From positions 741,651-805,650 of the forward strand of contig JAOSKE010000001.1 in the NCBI GenBank assembly GCA_027493775.1: a stretch of DNA of 64,000 nucleotides, given 5' to 3'. Origin of the DNA: Kiritimatiellia bacterium. GTDB taxonomy: Bacteria; Verrucomicrobiota; Kiritimatiellia; CAIVKH01. Below the pieces are notes generated by a model, which worked only from the letters and a program-made list of their open reading frames with translations, made no database searches and was not told the DNA's origin. Made by a program: the position numbers and the translations under genes. This document shows positions 63,418 to 64,000 of this stretch, piece after piece. Each line of letters opens with the position of its first letter. Within the stretch, counting starts at the first letter, position 1.

Positions 63418-64000
63418 ATGAGCAGACCATTGAGAATCGACATTGAAGGTGGGTGGATCATGTGACGTCGCGCGGTCACAATCGCGAGGCCATCTATCGA
63501 GACACAAAGGATCGAGCGCATTTCCTCGATCTGCTGGAACAGCTGAGCGAGCAGCATCGCATAGAGATTCATGCGTACGTGTTGATGACGAACCATTATC
63601 ATCTTTTAGTGCGTAGCCCTGAAGCCAACCTGAGCCGGGCGCTTCAATGGCTGAATGTCAGCTACAGCATCTGGTGGAATCGTCGCCACGGGCGGTGTGG
63701 CAGTGTGTTCCAGGGCCGATTCAAGGCGGCGCTTGTTGAGGGCGGGGCTTGGCTTCTGTCGCTGAGTCAGTATATCCATTACAATCCCGTGGCCGTGAAG
63801 GGATTGGGCTTGAGTAAGCAGGGCAAGGCGCTTGAGGGACGCGGCTGGGCGACGCCGACGGCGGAAATGGTCGCGATGAGATTGAAGGGATTACGAGAAT
63901 ATCGCTGGAGTTCCTATCCGGCGTATGTCGGCTATGCAAAGCCGCCAGCGTGGTTGAATACCAAAGAAGTGCTGGCCCGAGTGAAGGGCGGAAGGCGGGG
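63418..64000 (+). CDS. HUH/Y1 (RAYT/TnpA-Y1-like) transposase, partial; 1-nt deletion near 63457
   Basis: MSRPLRIDIEGGW/HVTSRGHNREAIY...IHAYVLMTNHYHLLV (HUH)...FQGRFKA...SQYIHYNPV (catalytic Tyr); runs off the window, absent from the ORF track. Confidence 0.88.

Noticed and set aside
63418..64000. IS200/IS605 element with TnpB and omega-RNA
   Set aside because: The protein has the RAYT-like MSRPLR...FQGRFKA...YIHYNP signature and inverted-repeat ends; no tnpB is visible, although the downstream region is outside the window

Overview
Bacterial chromosome window, probably a PVC-superphylum organism such as Kiritimatiellota/Verrucomicrobiota (inference from the PEP-CTERM protein, long chlamydial-type GreA and DxDGDG/LamG giant proteins). 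1-22.0 kb is GC-rich housekeeping DNA: amidase, USP, ECF sigma/anti-sigma, malQ, feoAB, greA, RluA-family synthase, infA, ArnT-like transferase. Many genes are split by single-base indels, mostly in homopolymers, which looks like long-read assembly error. From 22,049 onward is an accessory island. It holds nikR and terC, a PEP-CTERM protein, IS1182, ISL3, IS1380 and IS4 elements, and two giant secreted proteins, one ending in a caspase-like His-Cys domain. Its centre is a polymorphic-toxin array: one full-length, signal-peptide-bearing teneurin-like YD/Rhs protein that lacks the NHL propeller, plus five orphan core+tip modules with immunity-like partner genes. Most striking: nearly every truncation or junction in the island falls at one of 16 short GGGGTC.../...GACCCC inverted ends (12 copies of GGGGTCRMGTCTAGACATT, 4 of a second ATCTGACCCC family). 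A HUH/Y1 (RAYT-like) transposase sits at the right edge, and a MITE made of its 5' end between two such termini lies at 57.9 kb. This suggests an HUH-nuclease/REP-end system that shuffles teneurin-like toxin cassettes, and whose ends are in turn targeted by an IS1182 element. No rRNA, tRNA or CRISPR array was recognised.
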